Positions 21,327 through 35,133 of a stretch of DNA of 64,000 nucleotides are shown in pieces. The notes below the pieces were generated by a model. The model saw nothing but the letters and a program-made list of their open reading frames with translations. It was not told where the DNA came from and ran no database searches. Origin of the DNA: an uncultured Chloroflexia bacterium (GTDB taxonomy: Bacteria; Chloroflexota; Limnocylindria; Limnocylindrales; CSP1-4); assembly GCA_963696045.1 (NCBI GenBank), contig CAVOIR010000011.1:53412-117411 (forward strand). Reading direction: 5' to 3'. The stretch's first letter is position 1. Every line of letters begins with the position of its first letter. The translations under genes and the position numbers were made by a program.

Positions 21327-22150
21327 ATGGCGCTCGCCGAACCGTTCCCCAGCCTCGACGACATCCTTATCTCCATCGGCGAGGGTGGCCGGCGCGTCGC
21401 TTCCATCGATGCGGGCGAGGGTGCCGCGGGCAACATCTCGGTCTGCATCGGCTGGCCCACCGAGGTCCGCGGCCGCTTCCCCAACGGGAGCCCATCGAGC
21501 TTCCTCTCGCGGCGCCGCACCTCGGCGGGCACGTCCTCATCGTCACGGGCTCGGGCCGCCGCCTCCGCGACATCGCGGCCAACCCGGTGGCCAACCTCGG
21601 CGCCGTCGTCATCGCCCCGGACGGGGAAGGGGCCACGCTGTACACGGCGCCGACACGCCTCTTCGAGCGCCTGACGTCCGAATGGAACTCGCACCTGGCC
21701 GTCCACGACGACACGGTCGAGCGGACGGGCACGAACTTCCATGCCGTCGTCCACGCCCAGCCGCCGCACATCACGTACCTCTCGCACGTGCCCGCCTACC
21801 GCGACGAGGACCACTTCAACCGCCAGGTGCTGCGCTGGGAGCCGGAGACCATCGTGCAGCTCCCGGCCGGCATCGGCGTCCTGCCATTCATGGTCCCAGG
21901 GTCTGCCGAGCTCATGGACGCCAACGTGGCCAGCCTCCGGCGCCATCGCATCGTGGTCTGGTCGAAGCACGGGGTCATGGCGCGCAGCGACATCTCGGTC
22001 ACCCGGGCCGTCGATCGCATCGAGTACGCCGAGGCTGGCGCCCACTATGAGTACATGGACCTCGTGGCAGGAAGCCGCGGGGAGGGGCTCACCCGGGACG
22101 AGACGCGAGCCATCGTCGACGCCTTCGGCATCGAGACGACCCTGCCCTAG
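21327..22150 (+). CDS. class II aldolase, rhamnulose-1-phosphate aldolase (RhaD) homologue; one frameshift near 21480-21520
   Basis: HVLIVTGSGRRLRDIAANPVANLGAVVIAPDGEGATLY, IVQLPAGIGVLPFMVPGSAELMDANV and HRIVVWSKHGVMARSDIS align block by block with E. coli RhaD (PFIVTGSGKFFRNV..., [21 protein letters not shown]..., HSLVLWPFHGVFGSG). Confidence 0.65.
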
Positions 22151-22335
22151 CGGACAGGGTGCGGCCAGCCGGCTCCCCTTCGGCGGTGACGCCGGGCCCG
22201 GCCCAGCGCGGTCCGGATGGCCCTAGCGTCGGCGCTGCGGTCCTGGCTGCCTACGGTGACATCACCGCCGCGCGCCATGCGGGCGCCGTCTCGGGGAACG
22301 GGCCCGCAGCGCACGGCGTCCGTTTGGGGGGCTCG

Positions 22336-22883
22336 ATGTCGAGCGGTCCGGAGACGGCGCTCATCGCGCGCCGAGGAGCAGGACCTCGTCGATCGGATCA
22401 TCGCCGACCGATCCGGGCGCCCCGGCGCCCTGCTGGGCATCCTGGAGGCCCTGCAGAGCCGCGATGCCCACCAGCTACCTGCCCATGGCGACGCTCGAGC
22501 TACGTGGCCGAGCGGACGGGCATCCCGCAGTCGCAGGTCTACAGCGTCGCCACGTTCTTCGCGCTCTTCAACCTCGAGCCCCAGGGCGATCACATCGGTG
22601 GCCATCTGCCGCGGCACGGCCTGCCACACGCGCGGCTCGCGGCCGCTGCTCGAGCGCGTCAAGCTCCAGCTGGGCCTCGAGGAGAGCGCCGACGAGGCCG
22701 ACAAGCTCACCCTCACGACGCCCGACCGGCGCTTCACGGTCCGCACCGTGGCCTGCTTCGGGCAGTGCGCGCTGGCGCCCGTCGTCGAGGTCGACCATGC
22801 CATCCGCGGCCACGTCTCCGAGCAGGCCCTCATCCGCGAGGTCGAGGCCCTGCGCCGCGAGCAGCCGCCCGGGAGCCGGCCCG

Positions 22884-22887
<4 letters not shown>
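22336..22887 (+). CDS. hoxE: hydrogenase diaphorase small subunit, NuoE-like thioredoxin-fold [2Fe-2S] protein (HoxE); frameshifted, 3' end inferred
   Basis: MSSGPETALIARRG, then EEQDLVDRIIADRSGRPGALLGILEALQS...IPQSQVYSVATFFALFNLEPQGDHI...VAICRGTACHTRGSRPLLERVKLQLG...FTVRTVACFGQCALAPVV across two frames. The proposed stop TGA 22885-22887 overlaps the hoxF GTG (GTGA) in the third frame. Confidence 0.6.
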
Positions 22888-25880
<2,993 letters not shown>

Positions 25881-26059
25881 TCGCGCCGGCCACGCCGGTC
25901 GGGCTCGGACGGCAGGTCCCTGGCGAGACGCCGGCCGCCGAGCGAGTGCGGACCTACGACGAGGTCTCCCTGGGTCTCGCTCCAGCCGCTGCGCTGGGCG
26001 AGGCATCGCGCTGCCTGCGCTGCGACGTCGGGCGCGCCGAGCGAGAAGGGGATCGCGGC

Positions 26060-26768
26060 GTGGCCGAGAAGGTGAAGGTCCGCATCGACGGCGAGGTCAT
26101 CGCCGCGACCACCGGCCAGACCATCCTCGAGGTGGCCCGCGCCAACGGCACGGCCATCCCGGCCCTCTGCCACATGGATGGTCTGACCCCCGTCGGCGCC
26201 TGCCGGCTCTGCGTCGTCGAGGTCTCGGGTCTCGGGCGGCTCCTGCCCGCCTGCACCACGCCTGTCGCTGAGGGGCTCGCGGTCACGACGAGCTCGCCGA
26301 AGCTGCAGGCCTACCGGAAGATCGCCCTCGAGCTCCTGCTCGTCGAGCGCAACCACATCTGTGCCGTCTGCGTGTCCTCCGGTCACTGCGAGCTGCAGAC
26401 ACTCGCCGAGGAGCACGGCGTCACGCACGTGCGCTATCCCTACGACCACCCGCGCTTCACGCCCGATACGTCGCATCCCCGCTTCGTGCTCGACGATGAC
26501 CGCTGCATCCTCTGCTCGCGCTGCGTGCGCACGTGCGCCGAGATCGAGGGCGCCCACGTCTGGGACCTGGCCGGCCGAGGCATCGGGCACGCGGCTCGTC
26601 TCCGAGCTGCGCCGCCCCTGGGGCGAGGCCACGACCTGCACGAGCTGCGGCAAGTGCGTGCAGGCCTGCCCGACGGGTGCGCTGGCCGAGAAGGGACGGG
26701 CCGTCGAGGAGATGCGCAAGCAGGGCTCCGTCGTGGCCGGCCTGAGCTCGATGCGCGAGGGCCGCTGA
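26060..26768 (+). CDS. hoxU: hydrogenase diaphorase [2Fe-2S]/[4Fe-4S] subunit, NuoG N-terminal-like (HoxU); one frameshift near 26590; possible longer N-terminus from 25877
   Basis: GTG 26060 then [54 protein letters not shown]..., [26 protein letters not shown], then [22 protein letters not shown] in ORF 26361-26768. Confidence 0.7.
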
Positions 26769-26787
26769 TGGGCCGGGAGTGCCGCTG

Positions 26788-27318
26788 ATGGCCAAGGCGA
26801 AGGTCGGCACGTGCTGGCTCGACGGCTGCTCGGGTTGCCACATGTCGCTGCTCGACCTCGACGAGGGGCTCGTCGACCTCCTCGCCCGGGCGGACATCGT
26901 CTTCGGCCCGCTGGTCGATGCGCAGGAATGGCCCGAGGGCGTCGACGTGGCGCTCATCGAAGGCGCCGTCAGCAGCCAGGACGACCTGGCGCTGGCCCGG
27001 AAGGCCCGGGCGCGCAGCGGGGTCGTCGTCGCGCTCGGCGATTGCGCGGTCACGGGCAACGTGCCCTCGATGCGCAACGGCATCCCGACTCGCGCGCTCC
27101 TCGAGCGGATCTACGTGGAGGGCGTGACCGCGGAGCCCGGCGTCCCGACCGATGGCGTCCCGCCGCTCCTGCGGAAGGCCGAGCCGCTGGCATCGGCGGT
27201 CAAGGTCGACGTCCACGTGCCGGGCTGCCCGCCTCGGCCGGATGTCATCCTCACCGTCCTCGACGACCTCCTCGAGGGCCGCCAGCCCGACCTCACCCGA
27301 CGGACCCGATTCGGATAG
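26788..27318 (+). CDS. hoxY: [NiFe]-hydrogenase small subunit (HoxY; NuoB / 20-kDa-like)
   Basis: [26 protein letters not shown]...[14 protein letters not shown]...[11 protein letters not shown]. Intact. An alternative GTG start is at 26779. Confidence 0.8.
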   Translation: MAKAKVGTCWLDGCSGCHMSLLDLDEGLVDLLARADIVFGPLVDAQEWPEGVDVALIEGAVSSQDDLALARKARARSGVVVALGDCAVTGNVPSMRNGIPTRALLERIYVEGVTAEPGVPTDGVPPLLRKAEPLASAVKVDVHVPGCPPRPDVILTVLDDLLEGRQPDLTRRTRFG

Positions 27319-27337
27319 GCGGGGAGGGGACAGGCTC

Positions 27338-28762
<1,425 letters not shown>

Positions 28763-28839
28763 TCCAAGTCTCCGCGCGGCTGGCGGTCTGCCGGAGATAC
28801 TCGACAATCGCCGAGCGACACACGATAATCGCGCGCATC

Positions 28840-29256
28840 ATGCCGACCATCCCTAGGAATGAAGAACGAGTCCGGCTGGGTGAGGCAGCTGAGATGTTGG
28901 GTGTCAGCCCGGACACCGTGCGACGCTGGACGGCGAGCGGGCTGCTGCCGGCGGAGCGCACCGCTGGCGGACAGCGGACCGTGGCACGCGCGGACGTGAG
29001 CCGCCTGGCAGCCGAGCGCCGGCGCGCCGGACGCGACCGTCCGATCGTCGCGCAGAGCGCGCGCAACCGGTTCCCCGGCGTCGTCACGGAGGTCCGTGCG
29101 GACACCGCCGCGGCCGTCGTCGAGGTGCTCGCCGGCTCGTATCGTCTCGTCAGCCTCATCACCCGCGAATCCGTGGATGAGCTCGGGCTGGTGCCGGGCA
29201 AGGAGGTCATCTGCGTCGTGAAAGCGACGGACGTGATGATCGAGGTGCCCTCGTGA
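28840..29256 (+). CDS. MerR/excisionase-type HTH plus TOBE (Mop, molybdate/tungstate-binding) domain protein; putative molybdate-responsive regulator
   Basis: MPTIPRNEERVRLGEAAEMLGVSPDTVRRWTASGLLPAERTAGGQRTV (HTH), then NRFPGVVTEVRADTAAAVVEVLAGSYRLVSLITRESVDELGLVPGKEVICVVKATDVMIEV (TOBE). Confidence 0.7.
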   Translation: MPTIPRNEERVRLGEAAEMLGVSPDTVRRWTASGLLPAERTAGGQRTVARADVSRLAAERRRAGRDRPIVAQSARNRFPGVVTEVRADTAAAVVEVLAGSYRLVSLITRESVDELGLVPGKEVICVVKATDVMIEVPS

Positions 29257-29296
29257 AGGCCCGCATGTCAGCCAGGGGTCCGTTCGCCTGACCTTC

Positions 29297-30140
29297 GTGA
29301 CCGGCCACGTCGCGACGCCCGAACCCGACCTGGCACCCGGGCTGCCCGGCACCGGGCGCCTGGCCCGGACCGGGACCGGCCTGCTGGCGGCCATCGCCCT
29401 GGCCTTCCTCGGCCTGCCCGTGGCGGCTCTGCTCGGGCGCGCCCTGGGCAGCGGCGCCATCCTGGACGCTCCCGCCGGTGCCCTCCTCGACGCACTCTTC
29501 CTGAGCCTGATGACGTCGCTCGCGGCCGTCGTCGTCGGTGGTGCTGCTGGGCTCGCCGCTGGCGTGGGTCCTCGCCCGGCGCTCGTTCCGCGGCAAGGCC
29601 TTCGCGGAGACCCTTGTCGACCTGCCCATCGTGCTGCCGCCCACCGTGGCCGGGCTGGCACTCCTGCTGGCGTTCGGCCGGCGCGGCCTGGCCGGACCGA
29701 CGCTCGAGATGGCGGGCCTTGTGATCCCCTTCACGACCCTGGCTGTGGTCGTAGCCCAGGTCTTCGTCTCGGCTCCGTTCTACGTGCGAGCGGCGCGAGC
29801 CGGCTTCCAGGGGGTGGAACGTGAGCTCGAAGAAGTCGCTGCCGTGGACGGCGCCTCCGGAGCGCAGGTCCTGCGCCGGGTCACCATCCCGCTGGCGGCG
29901 CCGGCGCTCGGCGCCGGGCTGGTGCTCGCCTGGGCGCGCGCCCTGGGGGAGTTCGGCGCCACGATCATGTTCGCGGGCAACATCGCCGGCCGGACGCGGA
30001 CGTTGCCGCTCCTCGTCTACTCCGAGTTCCAGGACACGCTCGACTCCGCGGTCGTCGCGGCGGGCGTCCTCGTCCTGGCGGCCATCGGGGTGCTCGTGGC
30101 GGTGCGCCTCACCCATTGGCGGGCCGTGCTGCCGGCCTGA
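29297..30140 (+). CDS. modB: molybdate ABC transporter permease ModB; one frameshift near 29540
   Basis: ORF 29297-29824 N-terminus plus ORF 29538-30140 with the ABC-permease EAA-like loop (VDGASGAQVLRRVTIPLAAPALGAGLVLAWARALGEFGATIMFAGNI) typical of ModB/CysTW. Confidence 0.7.
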
Positions 30141-30163
30141 CAGGTTTCCGAGGAGGTCCAGGC

Positions 30164-31048
30164 ATGGCGTCCACTCATCGATCGCTGACCCTCGCCGGCG
30201 CGTTCATCTGCGTCCTCTTCGTCGCTGCACCCGGGCTGGCGCAGGCGCCTCCCTCGAGCCCCGCGCCATCGGCCGTGCCCGAGCCTTCCTGTATCGCCCC
30301 ACAGCCGGCGGTCGCGGCCCCGGTCGGGGAGCCCGACCAGCCCGACGTGACGGTCTTCGCGGCGGCCTCCCTGACCGACGCCTTCGAGGCACTGCAGGAA
30401 CCCTGGTCTGCCAGCCACCCGGGATCGGAGCTGGTCCTCTCCTTCGACTCATCGAGCACCCTGCGCGCCCAGATCGAGGAAGGCGCTCCCGTCGACGTGT
30501 TCGCCTCGGCAGACACGGCGAACGCCCAGACGCTCGTGGACGCCTGCCTGGCGCCCGGGCCGGTCACGCCCTTCGCCGGCAACTCGCTGACCATCGTCGT
30601 CCCGGCCGGCAACCCGGCAGGCGTCACCTCTGCCGCCGACCTCGCTCGGCCCGGGCTCCGCTATGTCGCCGCAGGACCGGACGTGCCCATCACGCGCTAT
30701 GCGACCCAGGCCATCGAGCGGCTGGCGGCTCTCGAGGGCTACCCGGCTGACTTCGTCGCGGCTGTGACGTCCAACACGATCTCCGAGGAGGACAACGTCC
30801 GTGCCGTGCTCGCCAAGATCGAGCTGGGCGAGGGCGATGCCGCCATCGTCTACGTGACGGACGCGGCGTCATCCGACGACGTGGAGGCCATCGCCCTCCC
30901 GACAGAGGCCGACGTGCCAGCCACCTACGCAGCGGTCGCGGTGGCCGACGCTCCGGAGCCGGCGATGGGCGCCGCCTTCCTCGAGTTCCTCGCCGGACCC
31001 GAGGCAAAGGGCGTGCTCGCCGGCTTCGGCTTCACTGCGATCCCGTAG
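30164..31048 (+). CDS. modA: molybdate ABC transporter substrate-binding protein ModA
   Basis: Signal peptide MASTHRSLTLAGAFICVLFVAAPGLAQA, then ModA fold (VTVFAAASLTDAFEAL, LVLSFDSSSTLRAQIEEGAPVDVFASAD, AIVYVTDA). Intact. No modC is found within the window. Confidence 0.8.
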   Translation: MASTHRSLTLAGAFICVLFVAAPGLAQAPPSSPAPSAVPEPSCIAPQPAVAAPVGEPDQPDVTVFAAASLTDAFEALQEPWSASHPGSELVLSFDSSSTLRAQIEEGAPVDVFASADTANAQTLVDACLAPGPVTPFAGNSLTIVVPAGNPAGVTSAADLARPGLRYVAAGPDVPITRYATQAIERLAALEGYPADFVAAVTSNTISEEDNVRAVLAKIELGEGDAAIVYVTDAASSDDVEAIALPTEADVPATYAAVAVADAPEPAMGAAFLEFLAGPEAKGVLAGFGFTAIP

Positions 31049-31229
31049 CCAGCAGGGCGCGTCGCGGCAGGCTCCCTACTGCGGTCGTGCTGCAGTTGTA
31101 GCGCCGGCGGCCGTCGTGTCACGCCGTGCGCCTTTATGACCATCGGGAGCCCGGTTCATAGCATGTCGACCTGAGCATCCGGCTCGGCACCCCCAGGCGC
31201 GCGGGCCACCAGGATCGGAGGTGGGCACC

Positions 31230-31894
31230 ATGCCCAGAAGGACATTCGCCATCGTGGCTGCGACCGCGCTCGTGGCCACTCTGCTGTCCGGTGGGGTCAT
31301 CCTCGCCCAGGAGAGCCCTGCGCCGGAGGGTCCGGCAGCCGAGAGCCCCGCCCCGGCCATGAGCGAAGCGCCGGCCATGAGCGAGGCGCCGACCGAGAGC
31401 GCCGCCCCGGCCGCTTCGATGGCGGCGGGCACCCACATCGGGATCACCGTCCAGGAGGTCGCAGGTCGTCCCGGCGACGACGACGATCCCGGCGGGCGAC
31501 CGTGACGTTCGACGTCACGAACGCCGGTCCTGCTCTCATCCATGAGCTGGTCGTGGTGCGCACCGACATCCTGGCGGCGGACCTGCCGGTGCTCGAGGAC
31601 GGTTCCTTCGACGAGGAGGCCGAAGGGGTCGAGGTGCTTGGCGAGATCGAGGACCTCGCGGTCGGCACGACCGAGTCCCTGACCCTGGAGCTGTCGCCGG
31701 GACACCACGTGCTGCTCTGCAACGTGGTCGACGATCCTGACGGGACCCCGTTCTCGCACTTCGGGGCCGGCATGCGTGTCGACGTCGAAGTCGTCGAGGC
31801 CGGTGCCGAGAGCATGACCCCTGCCGAGAGCATGGCCCCTGCCGCGAGCGCCGCCCCAGAGGCCAGCGAAGCCCCGGCTTCACCAGCGGCCTGA
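31230..31894 (+). CDS. secreted cupredoxin-like protein with Ala/Pro/Glu-rich linker; one frameshift near 31470-31505
   Basis: Signal peptide MPRRTFAIVAATALVATLLSGGVILA. Domain TFDVTNAGPALIHELVVVRTD...SPGHHVLLCNVVDDPDGTPFSHFGAGMRVDVEVVEA with His/Cys/His/Met candidate ligands (spacing atypical). Confidence 0.5.
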
Positions 31895-32139
31895 TCCACC
31901 CTGCGACCGGCGCCGGCATTCGCGGCATCGGTCGACCGGTCGCCAGCCGTCGAGGCCTTCGTCCTTGGTGACGGGGGCCTCGACGCGTGCGCGGAGGCGC
32001 TGGCAGCCCGGTTCCGGTGATCACCCTGATGCATCACCGCTCTCATTTACTTCGATTGGACACCGGGGTCCATCGGTCGTAGCCTGCGCCTCCTGACGCC
32101 CCCGGGGCGGCCGCCCCCGGCGATCCGAGGAGGTCCTGC

Positions 32140-32991
32140 ATGAGTGAGTACGCCACGCCCGGCGCCCTGGTGAGCCCGGATTGGGCACGCGAGCACCTCG
32201 ACGATCCGAACGTCCGCTTCGTGGAGGTCGACGTCGACACTGCGTCCTACTCCCAGAGCCACCTGCCGGGCGCCGTGGGCTGGGACTGGACGAGCCAACT
32301 GTCGGACGGCATCCGGCGCGACATCGCGGGCCGCGCGGAGCTCTCGCGCCTGCTCTCGGAGTCCGGCATCGGTCCGGACACGCACATCGTGCTGTACGGC
32401 GACAACAACAACTGGTTCGCGGCCTGGGCCTACTGGCAGCTGAAGCTCTACGGCGTCGAGAAGGTCAGCATCCTCAATGGCGGCCGCAAGTACTGGCTCG
32501 ACAACGACCTGCCCCTGAGCGTGGACGTGCCCAGCTACCCGCCGACCGGCATCGAGCTGCCGGAAGCGGACTTCTCGCTGCGGGCCTACTACCGCGACGT
32601 CATCGACCGCCTGGGCGACCCCTCCCTCGCCCTCGTGGACGTCCGCTCACCAGCCGAGTTCAACGGCGAGGTCATCGCGCCTCCGGGCATGACCGAGACG
32701 GCCCAACGGGCGGGACATATCCCAGGTGCCACATCGGCTCCGTGGGCGCAGACCGTCAACGAGGATGGCACCTTCAAGAGCGCCGATGCGCTGCGCGAGC
32801 ACTACGCGGCGAAGGGCGTCACGGCCGACAAGGACATCGTGGCCTACTGCCGGATCGGCGAGCGCTCCAGCCACAGCTGGTACGTGCTCCACGAGCTGCT
32901 GGGCTACGAGAGGGTCCGCAACTACGACGGCTCCTGGACGGAGTGGGGCTCGATGATCGGCGTGCCCATCGAGAACCCATCGGCCGCCTGA
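32140..32991 (+). CDS. two-domain rhodanese sulfurtransferase (thiosulfate / 3-mercaptopyruvate sulfurtransferase)
   Basis: Intact. GAGGAGG RBS. Active-site loop YCRIGERSSHSWYVL. Tandem rhodanese-domain architecture like SseA/CysA. Confidence 0.85.
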   Translation: MSEYATPGALVSPDWAREHLDDPNVRFVEVDVDTASYSQSHLPGAVGWDWTSQLSDGIRRDIAGRAELSRLLSESGIGPDTHIVLYGDNNNWFAAWAYWQLKLYGVEKVSILNGGRKYWLDNDLPLSVDVPSYPPTGIELPEADFSLRAYYRDVIDRLGDPSLALVDVRSPAEFNGEVIAPPGMTETAQRAGHIPGATSAPWAQTVNEDGTFKSADALREHYAAKGVTADKDIVAYCRIGERSSHSWYVLHELLGYERVRNYDGSWTEWGSMIGVPIENPSAA

Positions 32992-33046
32992 CCGCGCTCA
33001 GCGGCTGACCAGCACGACCACAGGCCAGCAACGAAGGAGGACACTG

Positions 33047-33551
33047 ATGGCTCAGCTAGATCGACACCGAGTTCTCACGCGCGCTTGCGGAGAACGAGCG
33101 TTACGCCGCCCAGTTCGACCGTTCCGACCTGCCGCTCCCGCCGGGGCGCAAGCTCGCCGTGCTGGCCTGCATGGACGCGCGTCTGACGGTCGAGGACGTC
33201 CTCGGCCTGCGCACCGGCGACGCGCACATCATCCGCAACGCCGGCGGCCTCGCCAGCGACGACGCCATCCGCTCGCTCGTCATCAGCCAGCACCTGCTGG
33301 GCACCGAGGAGGTCATCGTCATCGAGCACACCGGCTGCGGCATGCTGACGTTCGAGGATGACGCTGTGGCGGCCGACCTGGCCGCCAAGACCGGCGCCGA
33401 GGTCGACCTGCCGCTCCAGGCCTTCCCGGACCTCGAGGACAACCTGCGCACCCAGGTCACGCGCATCAAGGAGCATCCCTGGATCAACGACGTGCCGGTC
33501 CACGGCCTCATCTACGAGGTCGAGACGGGGCGCCTTCGGGCCGTCGCCTAG
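33047..33551 (+). CDS. beta-class carbonic anhydrase-like protein (carbonic anhydrase or COS/CS2-hydrolase-type); one extra base near 33060
   Basis: [11 protein letters not shown] and VIEHTGCGM are beta-CA zinc-ligand motifs. Deleting one A in CTAGATC restores [46 protein letters not shown]. Confidence 0.7.
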
Positions 33552-33659
33552 CCTCACCCGCCGGGGCGTCCATGCGGCGCCCCGGTCCGCCCGCCACCGT
33601 CACCGGACCTGATCGAGGCCTCTTCTTTTCCTAGTCCACGCTGTCGCTAGACTCATCGG

Positions 33660-34409
33660 ATGGAAGTCTCCGCGACGCCCGACCCGGTGGCCATGCTCGC
33701 GCTCCTCGGCGACCCCAATCGTCGCCGTCTGTACGACCTCGTGGTCGCGCGCCATGCGCCCGTCGGGCGGGACGACGCGGCGGCGGCACTCGGGATCAGC
33801 CGCGAGCTCGCGGCGTTCCATCTCGACCGCCTCGTGGATGGCGGGCTGCTCGCGACCGAGTACCGACGCCTGACCGGTCGGACCGGCCCGGGTGCGGGGC
33901 GACCCGCCAAGCTCTACCGTCGAGTCGGCGGCGATGTCGCCGTGTCGCTGCCGGCGCGGGAGTACGAGCGAGCCGCTGAGGTCTTCGCCGCTGCCCTCGA
34001 GCGCCTCGAAGCCCGCGACGGCGTCGATGCATCCGGTGCGGTCGCCGAGGTCGCGAGGCAACGAGGCATGGGCCTGGGTCGTGAGGCCCGCCGCGGCTCG
34101 GGGTCGCCACCCGCCGAAGACGGCAGCGCGCCCCTGCTCGGCCTCCTTCGCTCCGCCGGATTCGAGCCCCAGGTCGACCCGGCCGATGGTGCCATCCGGC
34201 TGCGCAACTGCCCCTACCGGCTGCTGTCCGAGCAGCAACGGGAGCTGACCTGCGGGATGAACCTGGCCTGGGCCTCGGGCATCCTCGCTGGCCTCGCCGA
34301 CCGCTCCTATGACGTCGTGCTCGAGCCGGAACCGGGGCGCTGCTGCGTCGTCTTCCGGCCCGAGCAGCGGCCTCGCCTCACTCGTCGAAGTCGTCGGGGA
34401 ACTGGCTGA
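33660..34409 (+). CDS. winged-helix transcriptional regulator (ArsR-like N-terminal HTH) with uncharacterised C-terminal domain
   Basis: LALLGDPNRRRLYDLVVARHAPVGRDDAAAALGISRELAAFHLDRLVDGGLL is an ArsR/SmtB-like HTH. C-terminal CPYRLLSEQQRELTCGMN. The 3' end is uncertain. Confidence 0.5.
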   Translation: MEVSATPDPVAMLALLGDPNRRRLYDLVVARHAPVGRDDAAAALGISRELAAFHLDRLVDGGLLATEYRRLTGRTGPGAGRPAKLYRRVGGDVAVSLPAREYERAAEVFAAALERLEARDGVDASGAVAEVARQRGMGLGREARRGSGSPPAEDGSAPLLGLLRSAGFEPQVDPADGAIRLRNCPYRLLSEQQRELTCGMNLAWASGILAGLADRSYDVVLEPEPGRCCVVFRPEQRPRLTRRSRRGTG

Positions 34410-35037
34410 TGATGCCTTCGCTCAGCATGTCTGCCATGGCGAGGATCTGGGCGTGCACCTTCTCGTATGCAGCGACGCTGTCTTCGTAGCGACCCTCGAG
34501 GTGGGCGACGGCCTCCTCGGTCGTGAGGTCGAGATGGGTCCGCATGTGGCCCTTCATCATGTCGAGCGGCCAGGCCTCCGGGTTGGCGGTGCTCAGGAAC
34601 GTCGCGATGTCATCCCCGTTGGCCTGCCAGCGCGCGGTGGCGTCCTCGAGCCCGGCCATGTCGGCCGCCTTCGCGCTGCCGATGACCTCGGTGGCGATGA
34701 CGATGTGGTCGGTGAGGAGCGCCTCGAGCTGTTCGCCCGCCTCCTCGCCGTAGTACGGCTTGATGGCGTCCCCGAGGTCGGCCTGGTTCGCGAGCAGGCG
34801 ATCCGTCGTGGCCTGGATACCGGGCAGGTCTTCCGGGCCTGACGTCGCGCTGACGATGTAGAGGCGCGTCCAGGTGATGTGGTCCTCCCAGAGCTTCCGC
34901 ATGGCGTCGTGGAAGGCGACGGCGCTGGCCGTCTCGCCGTGGGCGGCCACCGGGATGGCCACGTTCCCGAGGAACGCGGTCGAGGCGACAAGGCCGAGTG
35001 CGGCGACGCGGGCTCGCCGAGTGAGCAGAGATCGCAC
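34378..35037 (-). CDS. secreted hypothetical protein (predicted helical), unknown function
   Basis: GTG start after GGAGGA. Signal peptide VRSLLTRRARVAALGLVASTAFLGNVAIPVAAHG. No recognisable catalytic motif. Confidence 0.5.
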   Translation of the reverse strand: MRSLLTRRARVAALGLVASTAFLGNVAIPVAAHGETASAVAFHDAMRKLWEDHITWTRLYIVSATSGPEDLPGIQATTDRLLANQADLGDAIKPYYGEEAGEQLEALLTDHIVIATEVIGSAKAADMAGLEDATARWQANGDDIATFLSTANPEAWPLDMMKGHMRTHLDLTTEEAVAHLEGRYEDSVAAYEKVHAQILAMADMLSEGIISQFPDDFDE

Positions 35038-35039
35038 GG

Positions 35040-35133
35040 TACAGGTCCTCCGACTTGTATTGATAAAGCAGACTATTGATACAACAGAAGATGGTCGAGG
35101 GTCAAGTCCAGAACTTGCACTGATACTTGCGGG
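35040..35133. promoter_or_regulatory. locally AT-rich intergenic region with direct repeats TATTGATA (x2) and TTGCA/TACAAT promoter-like hexamers upstream of htrA
   Basis: Read directly: ttgtattgataaagcagactattgatacaacag...ttgcactgatacttgcgggttgcaaggtacaat. Composition is strikingly different from the 70% GC background. Confidence 0.35.

Noticed and set aside
22147-22833. 228-aa minus-strand ORF
   Set aside because: Antisense to hoxE (thioredoxin-like NuoE motifs read clearly on the plus strand). No motifs of its own.
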